59,771 nucleotides of DNA from an uncultured archaeon. GTDB lineage: Archaea > EX4484-52 > LFW-46. The notes beneath the pieces were generated by a model that worked only from the letters and a program-made list of their open reading frames with translations, searched no databases and had not been told where the DNA came from. Where the stretch lies: the NCBI GenBank assembly GCA_902384675.1, contig CABMCT010000029.1, positions 1 through 59,771 on the forward strand. Reading direction: 5' to 3'. Positions 46,664 through 56,543 of this stretch are shown here, one piece after another; position 1 is the stretch's first letter, and every line of letters starts with the position of its first letter. A program made the translations under genes and the position numbers.

Positions 46664-46938
46664 CGCATCAACCTTCTATGCTTAGTTAAAATTTAATGAA
46701 TAAAAGCTAACCTTATGTCTATTAAGTTTAAACTTTTATATATATATGCGTAAAATGGAACAAAGCTTATTTTAAATTTTGGTAAGAATAATCTGTATTC
46801 AAAAGAACTTTGTAAATTATAAAACCAAAAATAAAATATTTGCGCACCCTTTTTATAGCTGTTAACAGAATAAATACTTCCGAGATAGAGAAATTGCAGA
46901 GCAAGAAGGTTGTGTTGAGAATCCCTGCAAGTGATTGA

Positions 46939-47859
46939 ATGAAGATACTCCATGTTAAAAATACTGCCAATATAGCATCCATTCTGGCCAAGGAGCAAAG
47001 GAAATTAGGCCATACAAGCGATGTTTTTGTTTACAACCGTGTTTTCAACCATCCGGCAGATTTTAATCTCAATATCTCTCAGCACGAAAGTAGGTTGTCA
47101 AAATTCTCAAAATTTATAAATTCGTTTGTAGATAATAAGCTCTACGATTATGACTTATATCATTTTCATTTTGGGTCGTTTTTTCCACATAACCTAGACC
47201 TTCCTTTTTTCAAATTGCTCGGGAAAAAGATAGTCCTGCATTATCATGGAGACGATATCCGCGGAAGAAAAGAGACATTTTTTGCAAGGCATTTGTGCCA
47301 TACAAAATTTGTGGCAACACCAGATCTTTTGAAATATGTTCCTGGTGCTGTTTGGATACCGAATCCCGTGGATCTTGAGGAACTGCCTTATGTTGGGTGC
47401 AAACGGAACCGAGATAAAGTAAAAATAGTGCACGCTCCATCAAGCAGAGCGAAGAAAGGTACTGAGCACATAATAAATGCATGCGATCAACTAAAAAAAG
47501 AAGGATATAAAATTGAGCTATGCTTAATTGAGAACACGCCTCATAAAGAGGCTATTGACTTATACAAACAGGGCGATATTGTTGTTGACCAATTATTGTT
47601 GGGCGTTGGATGCGGGGTTTTCGGCTTTGAGTGCATGGCTCTTGGCAAGCCCGTATGTGTCTATGTAAACGAGGAATATCTGCAGTATTTTAAATCCATG
47701 CCTTTTGTTAACACTCCGCCTTCAAATATCAAGGAAAGTCTTAGAATGCTGATAGAAGATGCTTCCCTGCGCGCAAAATTAGGAAAAATGGGGAGGCGGT
47801 ATATAGAGTCAAAACATAATCCTGCAAGTGTGGCGCGAGAAGTTCTTAAATTTTATTGA
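46939..47859 (+). CDS. GT4-like glycosyltransferase
   Basis: [19 protein letters not shown] and [10 protein letters not shown]. Confidence 0.82.
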   Translation: MKILHVKNTANIASILAKEQRKLGHTSDVFVYNRVFNHPADFNLNISQHESRLSKFSKFINSFVDNKLYDYDLYHFHFGSFFPHNLDLPFFKLLGKKIVLHYHGDDIRGRKETFFARHLCHTKFVATPDLLKYVPGAVWIPNPVDLEELPYVGCKRNRDKVKIVHAPSSRAKKGTEHIINACDQLKKEGYKIELCLIENTPHKEAIDLYKQGDIVVDQLLLGVGCGVFGFECMALGKPVCVYVNEEYLQYFKSMPFVNTPPSNIKESLRMLIEDASLRAKLGKMGRRYIESKHNPASVAREVLKFY

Positions 47860-47867
47860 GTGATTGC

Positions 47868-48437
47868 ATGAATAAAAAAGCAATAACATATGGCAAAGTT
47901 AATCTGGGAAGCAATGAATCAATAGGGGATAATGTCATTCTTGGAAACAAGGACAACGGTTTTCTGGAAATAGGAGAAAATGCAACAATACGCTCCGGGA
48001 CTGTGATTTATTCGGATGTAAAAATAGGAAACAACCTCAAGACCGGCCATAATGTGCTTATAAGGGAAAATACAAAGCTAGGGGATAATGTTTTAATCGG
48101 AACTAATGCTGTTGTGGATGGTAGCTGCACTATCGGAAATAATGTCAGCGTCCAGACCGGGGCATACATAACGAAAAATACCGAAGTGGAGGATAATGTT
48201 TTTCTGGGCCCGTTTTGCGTAACAACCAACGATAAATATATGAAATACGGCGCAGAGCTAAAGGGTCCGATAATTAAAACAGGCGCAAGAATAGGAGCCA
48301 ATGCAACGATTCTTCCAGGCGTAATTATTGGCAAAAATGCAATCGTGGGTGCGGGAGCAGTTGTTACCAAAAATGTCAAGGAAGGAGATACTGTCGCGGG
48401 CAATCCTGCAAGGAGCATCAAAAAGGTGGCTAAATAA
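47868..48437 (+). CDS. Hexapeptide-repeat N-acetyltransferase (WbpD-like)
   Basis: LbH hexapeptide repeats, [15 protein letters not shown] and VGAGAVVTK...GNPAR. Confidence 0.88.
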   Translation: MNKKAITYGKVNLGSNESIGDNVILGNKDNGFLEIGENATIRSGTVIYSDVKIGNNLKTGHNVLIRENTKLGDNVLIGTNAVVDGSCTIGNNVSVQTGAYITKNTEVEDNVFLGPFCVTTNDKYMKYGAELKGPIIKTGARIGANATILPGVIIGKNAIVGAGAVVTKNVKEGDTVAGNPARSIKKVAK

Positions 48438-49345
48438 TGAAAGTCGGCGTTATCGGAGTAGGAGTAATGGGACAGAATCATGTAAGAGTTTATTCGGAAT
48501 TGCCTGATGTCAAACTCGTCGGCGTGGCGGATGTAAACAAGGAAGCTGCATCGGCTATTGCCAAAAAATACAGCACAAAAGCATTTACTGATTATAGAGA
48601 GCTTTTCAAAGAGAAGCCGGATGCAGTAAGCATAGTTGTTCCCACATCAATGCATAAGCAGGTCGCAATAGAGGCTGCAAATGCCGGGATAAATATTTTG
48701 GTAGAAAAACCAGTTGCAGACACAATCGAGAATGCACAAGCAATAATTGATGCATGCAGGAAAAATAACGTTAAGCTGATGGTCGGTCATATCGAACGCT
48801 TCAATCCTGTGATTTCTGCCATAAAAGAGAATATTAAAGATGATAAAGTAGTCTCCATCAATATTACGCGGGTCGGTCCGCTTCCTCCAAGGATAAAGGA
48901 TGTCGGGATTGTGATTGATTTGGCAGTACATGATATCGACCTTATAAGGTATCTTATAGGCTCTGATTTCAAAAAGGTCTACGGCCTGACATCAAAAAAC
49001 TTTTCCGAAAAAGAAGATGTTGCAATATTATCATTTGAGATGAAAAACGGCGTTCTCGCCCACATAACCACCGACTGGCTGACTCCTTTTAAGGTCAGGG
49101 AAATAAACATTTCATCAACCAATAAATATATAAGAGGCAATCTCCTTGAACAAAAAGCAGTTGAGTACAGCTGTTATAAAGAAGATGGCTCATATATCAC
49201 AAAGGACTTAAAAGTTCCTATCGGCGAGCCATTGAAGCTGGAGCTACAGTCATTTATTGAATGTGTTAAGAAGAACAGCACACCGCCAGTATCAGGTTGT
49301 GACGGCCTAAAAGCGCTTCAAATAGCTTTGGATTGTATAAAGTAA
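48437..49345 (+). CDS. Gfo/Idh/MocA oxidoreductase (WbpB-like), copy 2
   Basis: GVGVMGQNH, VEKPVA, VGHIERFNP and DLAVHDID. Confidence 0.9.
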   Translation: MKVGVIGVGVMGQNHVRVYSELPDVKLVGVADVNKEAASAIAKKYSTKAFTDYRELFKEKPDAVSIVVPTSMHKQVAIEAANAGINILVEKPVADTIENAQAIIDACRKNNVKLMVGHIERFNPVISAIKENIKDDKVVSINITRVGPLPPRIKDVGIVIDLAVHDIDLIRYLIGSDFKKVYGLTSKNFSEKEDVAILSFEMKNGVLAHITTDWLTPFKVREINISSTNKYIRGNLLEQKAVEYSCYKEDGSYITKDLKVPIGEPLKLELQSFIECVKKNSTPPVSGCDGLKALQIALDCIK

Positions 49346-49357
49346 GATGGGTGGTTT

Positions 49358-50410
49358 ATGATTCCTATATCAAAGCCAATTATAGGCAAAGAAGAGAAGC
49401 GTGCGATCTTAGATGTTTTATCCTCTGGAATGCTTGCGCAGGGCGAGAAAACAGCACAGTTTGAGGAAAATTTTGCAAGATACGTAGGAGCTGATTATGC
49501 AGTTGCAACAAACAACGGAACTACTGCGCTTTTTCTGGCACTCAACGCACTAAACATAAAAGGAGAAGTTCTTCTGCCTTCTTTTACATTCATAGCAAGC
49601 GCGACAAGTGTTTTATTCAACAACGCAAAGCCTGTTTTTGTGGATGTCGACCCGCAAACATTCAATATAGATACAAGGGATTTGGAAAAAAAAATTACCA
49701 ATAAGACCGAGGCAATAATGTCGGTTCATCTATACGGCCATGCATGCGATATGGATGCCATAAGGGAAATTGCAAAAAAGCACAACCTAAAGATTATCGA
49801 GGATGCGTGCCAGGCGCATGGGGCAGAATACAATGGAAAAAAGGCAGGGGCTCTTGGCGATGCAGCGGCATTCTCGTTTTATCCGACCAAAAATATGACC
49901 ACGGGAGAAGGAGGAATTGTTACAACAAACGATTTGAAGGAGGCGGAAACAATGCGCCTCTTCAGGAATCACGGCCAGGCAAAGAGGTATATTCATAACA
50001 CACTCGGCTACAATTTCAGGATGACTGACATACAGGCAGCAATAGGTATCGAGCAGCTGAAGAAACTTGATTCGTTCAATGAAAAGCGCATAAGCAATGC
50101 GAGTTATTACGATAAACATCTTGAAAATGTTGAGATCCCTTCTGCAGCAAAGAATGTAAAGCACGTATACCATCAATACACATTAAAGTCAGAAAGCCGC
50201 GATTCTTTAAAAGAAAGGCTTGAAAAAAATAACATCGGCTACGGAATATATTACCCAATACCTGCTCATATGCAGGAAGTCATGGTAGCGTATAAAACAG
50301 CACTGCCTATAACTGAAGGATTGTGCAAAAAAGTCATATCTATACCAATACATCCGTCTTTGAAAAAAAGTGATTTAAAGCAGGTAGTTTCTGTAATAAA
50401 TAATAACTGA
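49358..50410 (+). CDS. DegT/DnrJ sugar aminotransferase (WbpE-like), copy 2
   Basis: NNGTTAL, VHLYG, EDACQAHG and SFYPTKNMTTGEGG. Confidence 0.92.
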   Translation: MIPISKPIIGKEEKRAILDVLSSGMLAQGEKTAQFEENFARYVGADYAVATNNGTTALFLALNALNIKGEVLLPSFTFIASATSVLFNNAKPVFVDVDPQTFNIDTRDLEKKITNKTEAIMSVHLYGHACDMDAIREIAKKHNLKIIEDACQAHGAEYNGKKAGALGDAAAFSFYPTKNMTTGEGGIVTTNDLKEAETMRLFRNHGQAKRYIHNTLGYNFRMTDIQAAIGIEQLKKLDSFNEKRISNASYYDKHLENVEIPSAAKNVKHVYHQYTLKSESRDSLKERLEKNNIGYGIYYPIPAHMQEVMVAYKTALPITEGLCKKVISIPIHPSLKKSDLKQVVSVINNN

Positions 50411-50420
50411 GGAAATACTT

Positions 50421-51134
50421 ATGAATTTTGATTATGATAAATTCTGGGAAGTCCAGGATAAAGATACGCGGGCTCCTGCACTGGAATGGATTGCCGAAAA
50501 TATCCTTGCAGTCATGCCGGACAAAAAATTCCAGAGCATTATCGATATAGGATGCGGCGATGGAGCCTTACTCAGCAGGCTCTCGGGGGAATTAAAACCA
50601 AAAAAGATATTCGGGGCAGATATTTCAAACAAGGCCTTATCTGCTGCAAGAGCCCGAATAAAAGGAGGCGTCTTTCTTCGTGTAGACCTTCAAAAGAAGC
50701 TTCCTTTCAAAGGTAAAGAATTTGACCTTTCAATTCTATGCGATATACTGGAGCATGTCAGGAACCCAAAAGAACTTGCAAAAGAAGCGCAAAGAATCTC
50801 AAAGTATACGTTATTTAAAATCCCACTGGAAAACGCGCATTACTGGAATTTGCTTGAGAAGATGGGCCGATACGAATCGGTAGGGGAAAACCACGGTTCA
50901 GGACATCTGTACAAATGGAACAAGAGGCAGGCGCGCTCTTTAATTGAAGCAGGCATCATTAAGAAAGAGATTGCGAAGAGCCCGTTGCCGATGAACTTGA
51001 AAATAAAAACCAAAAAGGGTATCATGCGGGAAATAATAACTTTGGTTGAGCGGATAACTTATAATATTTCCGAGCCCTTATCAATAGAGATATTCAGCGG
51101 CAGTTTGTTTTTATTTGTCGAGAATGAAAAATAA
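50421..51134 (+). CDS. Class I SAM-dependent methyltransferase
   Basis: IDIGCGDG, GADIS and DILEHV. Confidence 0.85.
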   Translation: MNFDYDKFWEVQDKDTRAPALEWIAENILAVMPDKKFQSIIDIGCGDGALLSRLSGELKPKKIFGADISNKALSAARARIKGGVFLRVDLQKKLPFKGKEFDLSILCDILEHVRNPKELAKEAQRISKYTLFKIPLENAHYWNLLEKMGRYESVGENHGSGHLYKWNKRQARSLIEAGIIKKEIAKSPLPMNLKIKTKKGIMREIITLVERITYNISEPLSIEIFSGSLFLFVENEK

Positions 51135-51171
51135 TCGCAATTCACGATGCGATCAAATTAGGTTGGTTCAT

Positions 51172-51885
51172 ATGAAAAAATCAGGCGACGATTTCAAAAA
51201 GAAATTCAATACGCTTAAGTATAATTGTCGGTCTGATGATGCAACATCAAACATAGACACTAAAGTCAGGATTCAATCAGTTCTTGATTTGATTGGACGA
51301 GGCAGAAAAGTCCTCGATATCGGCTGCTATGACGGCTACATTTCCGAAAAAATAAAAGAGAATGGGAATGACGTCATTGGCATCGATATTTCCAAGGAAG
51401 GGGCGCGCCTCTGTAACGAGCGCGGAATAAAATGCATTGAGCAAGATATAGAAAAAAAATTCCCGTTTCCTGCCGATAGCTTTGATGTAGTATTCGGAGG
51501 AGAAATAATAGAGCATGTGTTTGATACTGATGCATTGCTGCAGGAGATTCAGCGGGTGCTAAAACCCGGAGGATTTCTGGTTTTGACAACGCCCAATATA
51601 GCCTCCTTAACGAAAAGAATACATTTTTTATTCGGCAATACTCCGAGTATTGAAATTGGCTTGATATCCCCCGACGGGAAGGAGAAAGGCGCAGGACACA
51701 TAAGGTACTTCACTATAAATAGCTTGGAAAAACTATTAAATCGGAACGGATTTTTTATCGAAATATGGAAAACCGATTTTATTACGTTGCATAAGCTCAA
51801 GCTTGTAACGCTCGGCAGAATGCTTCCGTCATTCGGATATGAGTTAATTGTAAAGGCAAAAGTTGAAAAAACGTCGGATAAATAA
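51172..51885 (+). CDS. Class I SAM-dependent methyltransferase
   Basis: VLDIGCYDG, GEIIEHV and LKPGGFLVLTTPN. Start uncertain (51124 or 51172). Confidence 0.87.
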   Translation: MKKSGDDFKKKFNTLKYNCRSDDATSNIDTKVRIQSVLDLIGRGRKVLDIGCYDGYISEKIKENGNDVIGIDISKEGARLCNERGIKCIEQDIEKKFPFPADSFDVVFGGEIIEHVFDTDALLQEIQRVLKPGGFLVLTTPNIASLTKRIHFLFGNTPSIEIGLISPDGKEKGAGHIRYFTINSLEKLLNRNGFFIEIWKTDFITLHKLKLVTLGRMLPSFGYELIVKAKVEKTSDK

Positions 51886-51921
51886 GCCACATAATAAATG
51901 CACTTTCCGGAGGTATAAATT

Positions 51922-53001
51922 ATGAAAATATGTATAATTCTGGGCACCCGGCCGGAAATTATCAAAATGGCACCAATTATCAGGGAATGTGAAAAAAAAC
52001 ATGCGGATTATTTCGTTCTTCACACGGGCCAGCATTACTCAATAAACATGGACAAGATATTTTTTGACGAACTGAAACTTCCGCAGCCGGGATATAATCT
52101 TGATGTTGGTTCTGGGACCCATGCAAAACAGACTGCGGATATGCTCGTCGGCATAGAAAATGTTTTGTTAAAGGAAAAGCCGGATATTGTTCTTGTAGAA
52201 GGAGATACAAACACGGTTCTTGCAGGATCTTTGGCAGCATCTAAACTTCATATTCTTGTGGGGCACGTGGAAGCAGGGCTTAGGTCTTATGACAGGAATA
52301 TGCCCGAGGAGATAAACAGGATTTTATCGGACCACGTTTCCGATTATCTTTTTGCACCTACGGAAAAAGCAAAAAGCAACCTTCTCTCCGAGGGAATACC
52401 CGCAAATAAAATTTTCGTGACAGGCAATACAATTGTTGATTCTGTATTGCAGCATATAAAACTGGTAAAGGAAAAATCAGATGTGCTGAAGAATATGAAC
52501 TTAAAGAAAGATGGCTATATTCTCATGACGGCACACAGGCAGGAAAATGTGGATGTCAAGAACAGGTTAAAAGGCATCTTTGACGGGCTGAAGATAATTT
52601 GTAAAGAATATCGTTTGCCGGTAATATTTCCAATACATCCCAGGACCCGGAAGCGTATGGAAGCGTTCGGCTTAAAGGAAACAGAAGGCATAGTGTTTAC
52701 AGAGCCTGTGGGATTCCTGGATTTCCTGGAGCTTGAATCCAATGCCCGGCTCGTGCTGACTGATTCCGGTGGAGTGCAGGAAGAAACATGCATTTTAAAT
52801 GTCCCTTGTGTTACTTTGCGGGACAATACCGAGCGCCCTGAGACAATAGATGTTGGCTCAAATATGCTTGCAGGTACCACCCCTGAAAAAATAAGGGACT
52901 CTGTAAGGCATATGATTAGCAAAAAAACCAACTGGAAAAACCCTTTTGGGGATGGGAAAGCCGCACTCAGGATATTATCCATTCTGGATAAAATGTCATG
53001 A
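51922..53001 (+). CDS. wecB: Non-hydrolysing UDP-GlcNAc 2-epimerase (WecB/WbpI family)
   Basis: GTRPEIIK, HTGQH, GDTNT, HVEAGLRS, TDSGGVQEE and NPFGDG. Confidence 0.95.
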   Translation: MKICIILGTRPEIIKMAPIIRECEKKHADYFVLHTGQHYSINMDKIFFDELKLPQPGYNLDVGSGTHAKQTADMLVGIENVLLKEKPDIVLVEGDTNTVLAGSLAASKLHILVGHVEAGLRSYDRNMPEEINRILSDHVSDYLFAPTEKAKSNLLSEGIPANKIFVTGNTIVDSVLQHIKLVKEKSDVLKNMNLKKDGYILMTAHRQENVDVKNRLKGIFDGLKIICKEYRLPVIFPIHPRTRKRMEAFGLKETEGIVFTEPVGFLDFLELESNARLVLTDSGGVQEETCILNVPCVTLRDNTERPETIDVGSNMLAGTTPEKIRDSVRHMISKKTNWKNPFGDGKAALRILSILDKMS

Positions 53002-53050
53002 ACTGAGAGCGCCGGCGAACAGATTTCAGCGCCTTCGGCGATTGAAAGTA
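52997..53050 (+). repeat. Degenerate repeat-family copy overlapping the wecB stop
   Basis: TCATGA, then GAGAGCG...GCGAACAGATTTC (compare 17482-17519) and the reverse complement of CAATCGCCGAAGGC (compare 24337-24350). Confidence 0.7.
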
Positions 53051-53091
53051 AGTATATTAATATTTGCGCCAAAATAGGCGAGTGGTATTGA

Positions 53092-53841
53092 ATGCAATCT
53101 TTAAGCAATGACACAAAGAAATATTTTGCAGCAGAGAAGACGGTTTCAAAGTGGTGGAATCCCACCGAAGGCACTTACAGGTTCCATTACGAGAAGGAAC
53201 TGCAGGTGCTTAACGAGCAGTTCCCGGTAAATAAGGACTGGAAAATACTGGATGTAGGCACAGGAAAGGGGCGATTTGCGATTTATTTTGCCAAGAACGG
53301 CTGCAAGGTTACTGCGCTTGATATCAGCGAGGAAATGCTGGATATCGCCAGGCAGAACGCAAAAAAAGAAGGCGTGGCAGACAAGATAACATTTGTCCTT
53401 GGGGATGCAGAAGACCTGTCGAATATAAAGCAAAAATACGACGCGGTCTGTTGCATGGAAGCCCTGGACCACATACCTGATGTCGAGAAAGCCCTTAGTA
53501 AGATGAGCGCTAAAATCAGGCTTGGAGGATATTTTTTATTTACATACGTACCTGAAACATCGCTTTATTGGAAGCTTTACTACAATCTGTTTATCGGGAA
53601 GAAAATAGGAATTGCGCGCGCATATCCTGATAACTATGCAGCAGAGTTGTTTAAAAAAAACGATATTGCTATCAAAAAACTTTTTGGAATCGGCGTCGTT
53701 TTCCCGACAGGTCCAAAGGTTTTGAAAATACCGTTATATGCGTTAGCCAGGTTAGAAAAATTGATAAAGCCGTATTATAGAAATCCTTCTTTTATCAGGC
53801 GTTGTACGCATGTTATTGGCTGGGGCACAAAAGAAAATTAA
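53092..53841 (+). CDS. Class I SAM-dependent methyltransferase (UbiG-like)
   Basis: ILDVGTGKG, ALDISEEML and EALDHIPD. Confidence 0.87.
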   Translation: MQSLSNDTKKYFAAEKTVSKWWNPTEGTYRFHYEKELQVLNEQFPVNKDWKILDVGTGKGRFAIYFAKNGCKVTALDISEEMLDIARQNAKKEGVADKITFVLGDAEDLSNIKQKYDAVCCMEALDHIPDVEKALSKMSAKIRLGGYFLFTYVPETSLYWKLYYNLFIGKKIGIARAYPDNYAAELFKKNDIAIKKLFGIGVVFPTGPKVLKIPLYALARLEKLIKPYYRNPSFIRRCTHVIGWGTKEN

Positions 53842-53861
53842 TTGCCGGAGGCAGAGGTTAA

Positions 53862-54908
53862 ATGGACGTCGACTTGATAATCCCGCCAAGAAAGGGCTTG
53901 GCTAAAGGCGAGTACGAATCTTTATTGATTAGCGAAGAAACCAACGTTATACAAGCGGAGCCCAAGCAGGTGTCGGGCCTGATAAGTAAACTGGATTATA
54001 TCAGGTTCGTCAGGTCCAAACTTGGCAGCGGCGTTAAGCACATTACAGACGATGGCCTGGGGTATCTTCTTTACTTCATTCCTACTGAAAAATCAATAGT
54101 TACATGTCATGGAATAAACATCCCGTATCTGGATTATTTCAGCGCCCGGACAAAGTTAATCTATGGTTTTTGTTTGAAATGCATGAGCAGGGCAACACGG
54201 GTTCACGCTGTTTCAAATTGGGCAAAGCGGGATATACTTACGTATACCAAAGTGCCTGCCGACAGAATAGATGTTGTCCGGTTCGGGTTGAACTCCAAGA
54301 TTTTCAGGCCGCGCAACGGAAGCTATATCAGGGATACATTTGGCATTCCGGAAAAAAATAAAATCGTGCTTTATGTCGGCTCCGAGCAGCCCCGAAAGAA
54401 TGTTCCAACACTCATAGAGGCATTCTATAGGCTTAAGAAAAAAATGCCAAATGTTACGCTTGTCAAGGTAGGTACTGATGGCTGGCCTGGAATGCGGGAA
54501 CGCGTGTTAAAGCAAATAGAATCCTTAGGTTTGCAGAAGGATGTCATATTCGCCGGATGGTACCCGAACAACGAACTTCCTAAGCTGTATAACTCGGCGG
54601 ATGTATTTGTATTTCCTTCGTATTCTGAAGGGTTCGGAGTTCCTCCGCTTGAAGCCCTAGCATGCGGATTGCCTGTGATAACAACAGATAAAACATCGCT
54701 TCCTGAGATAGTTGGCGATGCAGCAATAAAATTATCAGACCCATTTGATTCCAAACTTTTGGCTGATGCTATGGAAAAAGTCCTGACAAATAATGGCCTA
54801 AAACAGGACATGATTAAAAAAGGGCTAAAGCAGGCAAAAGAATTTACATGGGAGAAATATACTAAAGGAGTGTATAAGATTTACGAAGAAGTTTGGAATT
54901 CTAAATAA
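53862..54908 (+). CDS. GT4 glycosyltransferase
   Basis: YVGSEQPRKN and EGFGVPPLEALACG. Confidence 0.92.
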   Translation: MDVDLIIPPRKGLAKGEYESLLISEETNVIQAEPKQVSGLISKLDYIRFVRSKLGSGVKHITDDGLGYLLYFIPTEKSIVTCHGINIPYLDYFSARTKLIYGFCLKCMSRATRVHAVSNWAKRDILTYTKVPADRIDVVRFGLNSKIFRPRNGSYIRDTFGIPEKNKIVLYVGSEQPRKNVPTLIEAFYRLKKKMPNVTLVKVGTDGWPGMRERVLKQIESLGLQKDVIFAGWYPNNELPKLYNSADVFVFPSYSEGFGVPPLEALACGLPVITTDKTSLPEIVGDAAIKLSDPFDSKLLADAMEKVLTNNGLKQDMIKKGLKQAKEFTWEKYTKGVYKIYEEVWNSK

Positions 54909-54918
54909 CCCAGTTCAA

Positions 54919-56388
54919 TCAGCGGATAACTGAGATGATCTGTCGTATTTCTTCCTTGGTAATGCCTTTGAGGAGTAGCATCAGCGAGAAATACATCAAA
55001 ATGGCAATGCCCCCTGAAATTATGAAATGCACAAGTGTTATTTCCCTGAATACTTGCGGAAGGGCAAAATCAAGAAGGACATAAACAATAAACGATGCCA
55101 GCATCGGCTTCCAGACGATATCCAGCGGAAGCCTTATTTTTTCTTTAAAGAACAGAAGGTAGGAAAAAATAAGCATCTCCAGAATTTTGATAAAAAGCAT
55201 GCCGTATGCGGCACCCACTATCCCATAAGTAGGTATTAGCACCAGGTCAAGTATGAAAAGAATTATGGTCAGAGGGATAAACACCTTCGTCTGTATTTCG
55301 GGTTTATTAATGCTGATAAAATAATTCAGAAAAAATGCTGCAAATAGCATCGGAGAAACAGTAAGCGATAAGACCTTTAGCGCCCCGGCTGCCGGAAGAT
55401 AGCTTGTACCATAAAGAAATATTATGAATGCTCCGGAAAATGCCGAAAGAAGGAACGAGAAAGGAAATGATAAGAGCCCGGTATATTTTATTGAATCGGA
55501 AAGCATTTTTGTAAGCTTCTCTTTTGAAGCATTGCTGTTGGAATAATACACAAACATGACCTGATACGACATCGGTACAAGATAAATTATTGCGAATACC
55601 CAGCTATAGGCCAGTTGATAAAAGCCGACATTCTCTACAGGAAGCATTTTTGAAATCAACAGCTTGTCTGTCATGCCGTATATCGTTCCTATAATAACGC
55701 CCGTAGTGCTCCATACACCGAACGCACGAAGCTTGCTGTAATCGAGGGCTTTTGTGCCTGATTCGAATATTTTCGGGTAGCTTTTCAGGGTAGAGTAGCC
55801 CATGATTAAAGCTAACAATATGTAAGAAGCTGCATTGCCTATTAGCGCCCCGTAAGCCTTGAATCCGAGAAGAAGGAATACCAGAATCATGGCAGCTTTC
55901 AACAATTGCTCGACAATCCTGAAAACACTCTGGTTTTTAAACGACTTCATCATCAGGAACATAGAAAACAAGTACTCTGAAATCGTTGTGGCAAAGAGAA
56001 TTATGCTTGATAGGACAATGACCTCTGTTACCTGTGATTTGCCGAAAAATAACGCTATTTTGCCTGGGAAAAGAGCAAGCGCGCCACAGACCAGCAATAG
56101 CAGAATCAATTTATATTTGAACGTTAGACTGATAAGACTTTTTAGCAAGGGACGGTCCTTTTGGTACCGCTCCTCAGAGCCGAATTTAAACAGGATGTTA
56201 TTTATTCCAAAATCAGTAAACAGTGCGGCTGCACCTATAATGACCATCGCAAAAGAATAAAGCCCGAATTCGTACGGCTGCAGGAGCTTTGCAAGATATA
56301 TGTTCAAAAAAAATGCAACTGCGGCAGAGGCCACCTTACCTATTGAAAATATCATATTTGCGCGACCGATTTCTTTTTTCAGGCTCAT
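54919..56388 (-). CDS. MOP/Wzx-family flippase
   Basis: About 13-14 TMs, LAKLLQPYEFGLYS and DKLLI...VGFYQLA. Start set at 56388 because the track ATG at 56475 lies within a repeat. Confidence 0.88.
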   Translation of the reverse strand: MSLKKEIGRANMIFSIGKVASAAVAFFLNIYLAKLLQPYEFGLYSFAMVIIGAAALFTDFGINNILFKFGSEERYQKDRPLLKSLISLTFKYKLILLLLVCGALALFPGKIALFFGKSQVTEVIVLSSIILFATTISEYLFSMFLMMKSFKNQSVFRIVEQLLKAAMILVFLLLGFKAYGALIGNAASYILLALIMGYSTLKSYPKIFESGTKALDYSKLRAFGVWSTTGVIIGTIYGMTDKLLISKMLPVENVGFYQLAYSWVFAIIYLVPMSYQVMFVYYSNSNASKEKLTKMLSDSIKYTGLLSFPFSFLLSAFSGAFIIFLYGTSYLPAAGALKVLSLTVSPMLFAAFFLNYFISINKPEIQTKVFIPLTIILFILDLVLIPTYGIVGAAYGMLFIKILEMLIFSYLLFFKEKIRLPLDIVWKPMLASFIVYVLLDFALPQVFREITLVHFIISGGIAILMYFSLMLLLKGITKEEIRQIISVIR

Positions 56389-56462
56389 ATGAGTAATAAA
56401 AGACGCATACTTTTTTATAGGTATGGCGGATTGCCTTTCGGGCTGTTTCGGCGTATGGTTTG

Positions 56463-56521
56463 AAAGGCTTGGCATTTCATGCCATGATTTTCAATATGCA
56501 TTGAAGCGATTCACTTTCGCT
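56463..56521 (+). repeat. Repeat-family copy between aglB and the flippase
   Basis: AAAGGCTTGGCA-tttca-TGCCATGATTTT, then CAAT-ATGC-ATTG. Confidence 0.78.
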
Positions 56522-56543
56522 ATAGTTATTTCTGCGAGAATCC

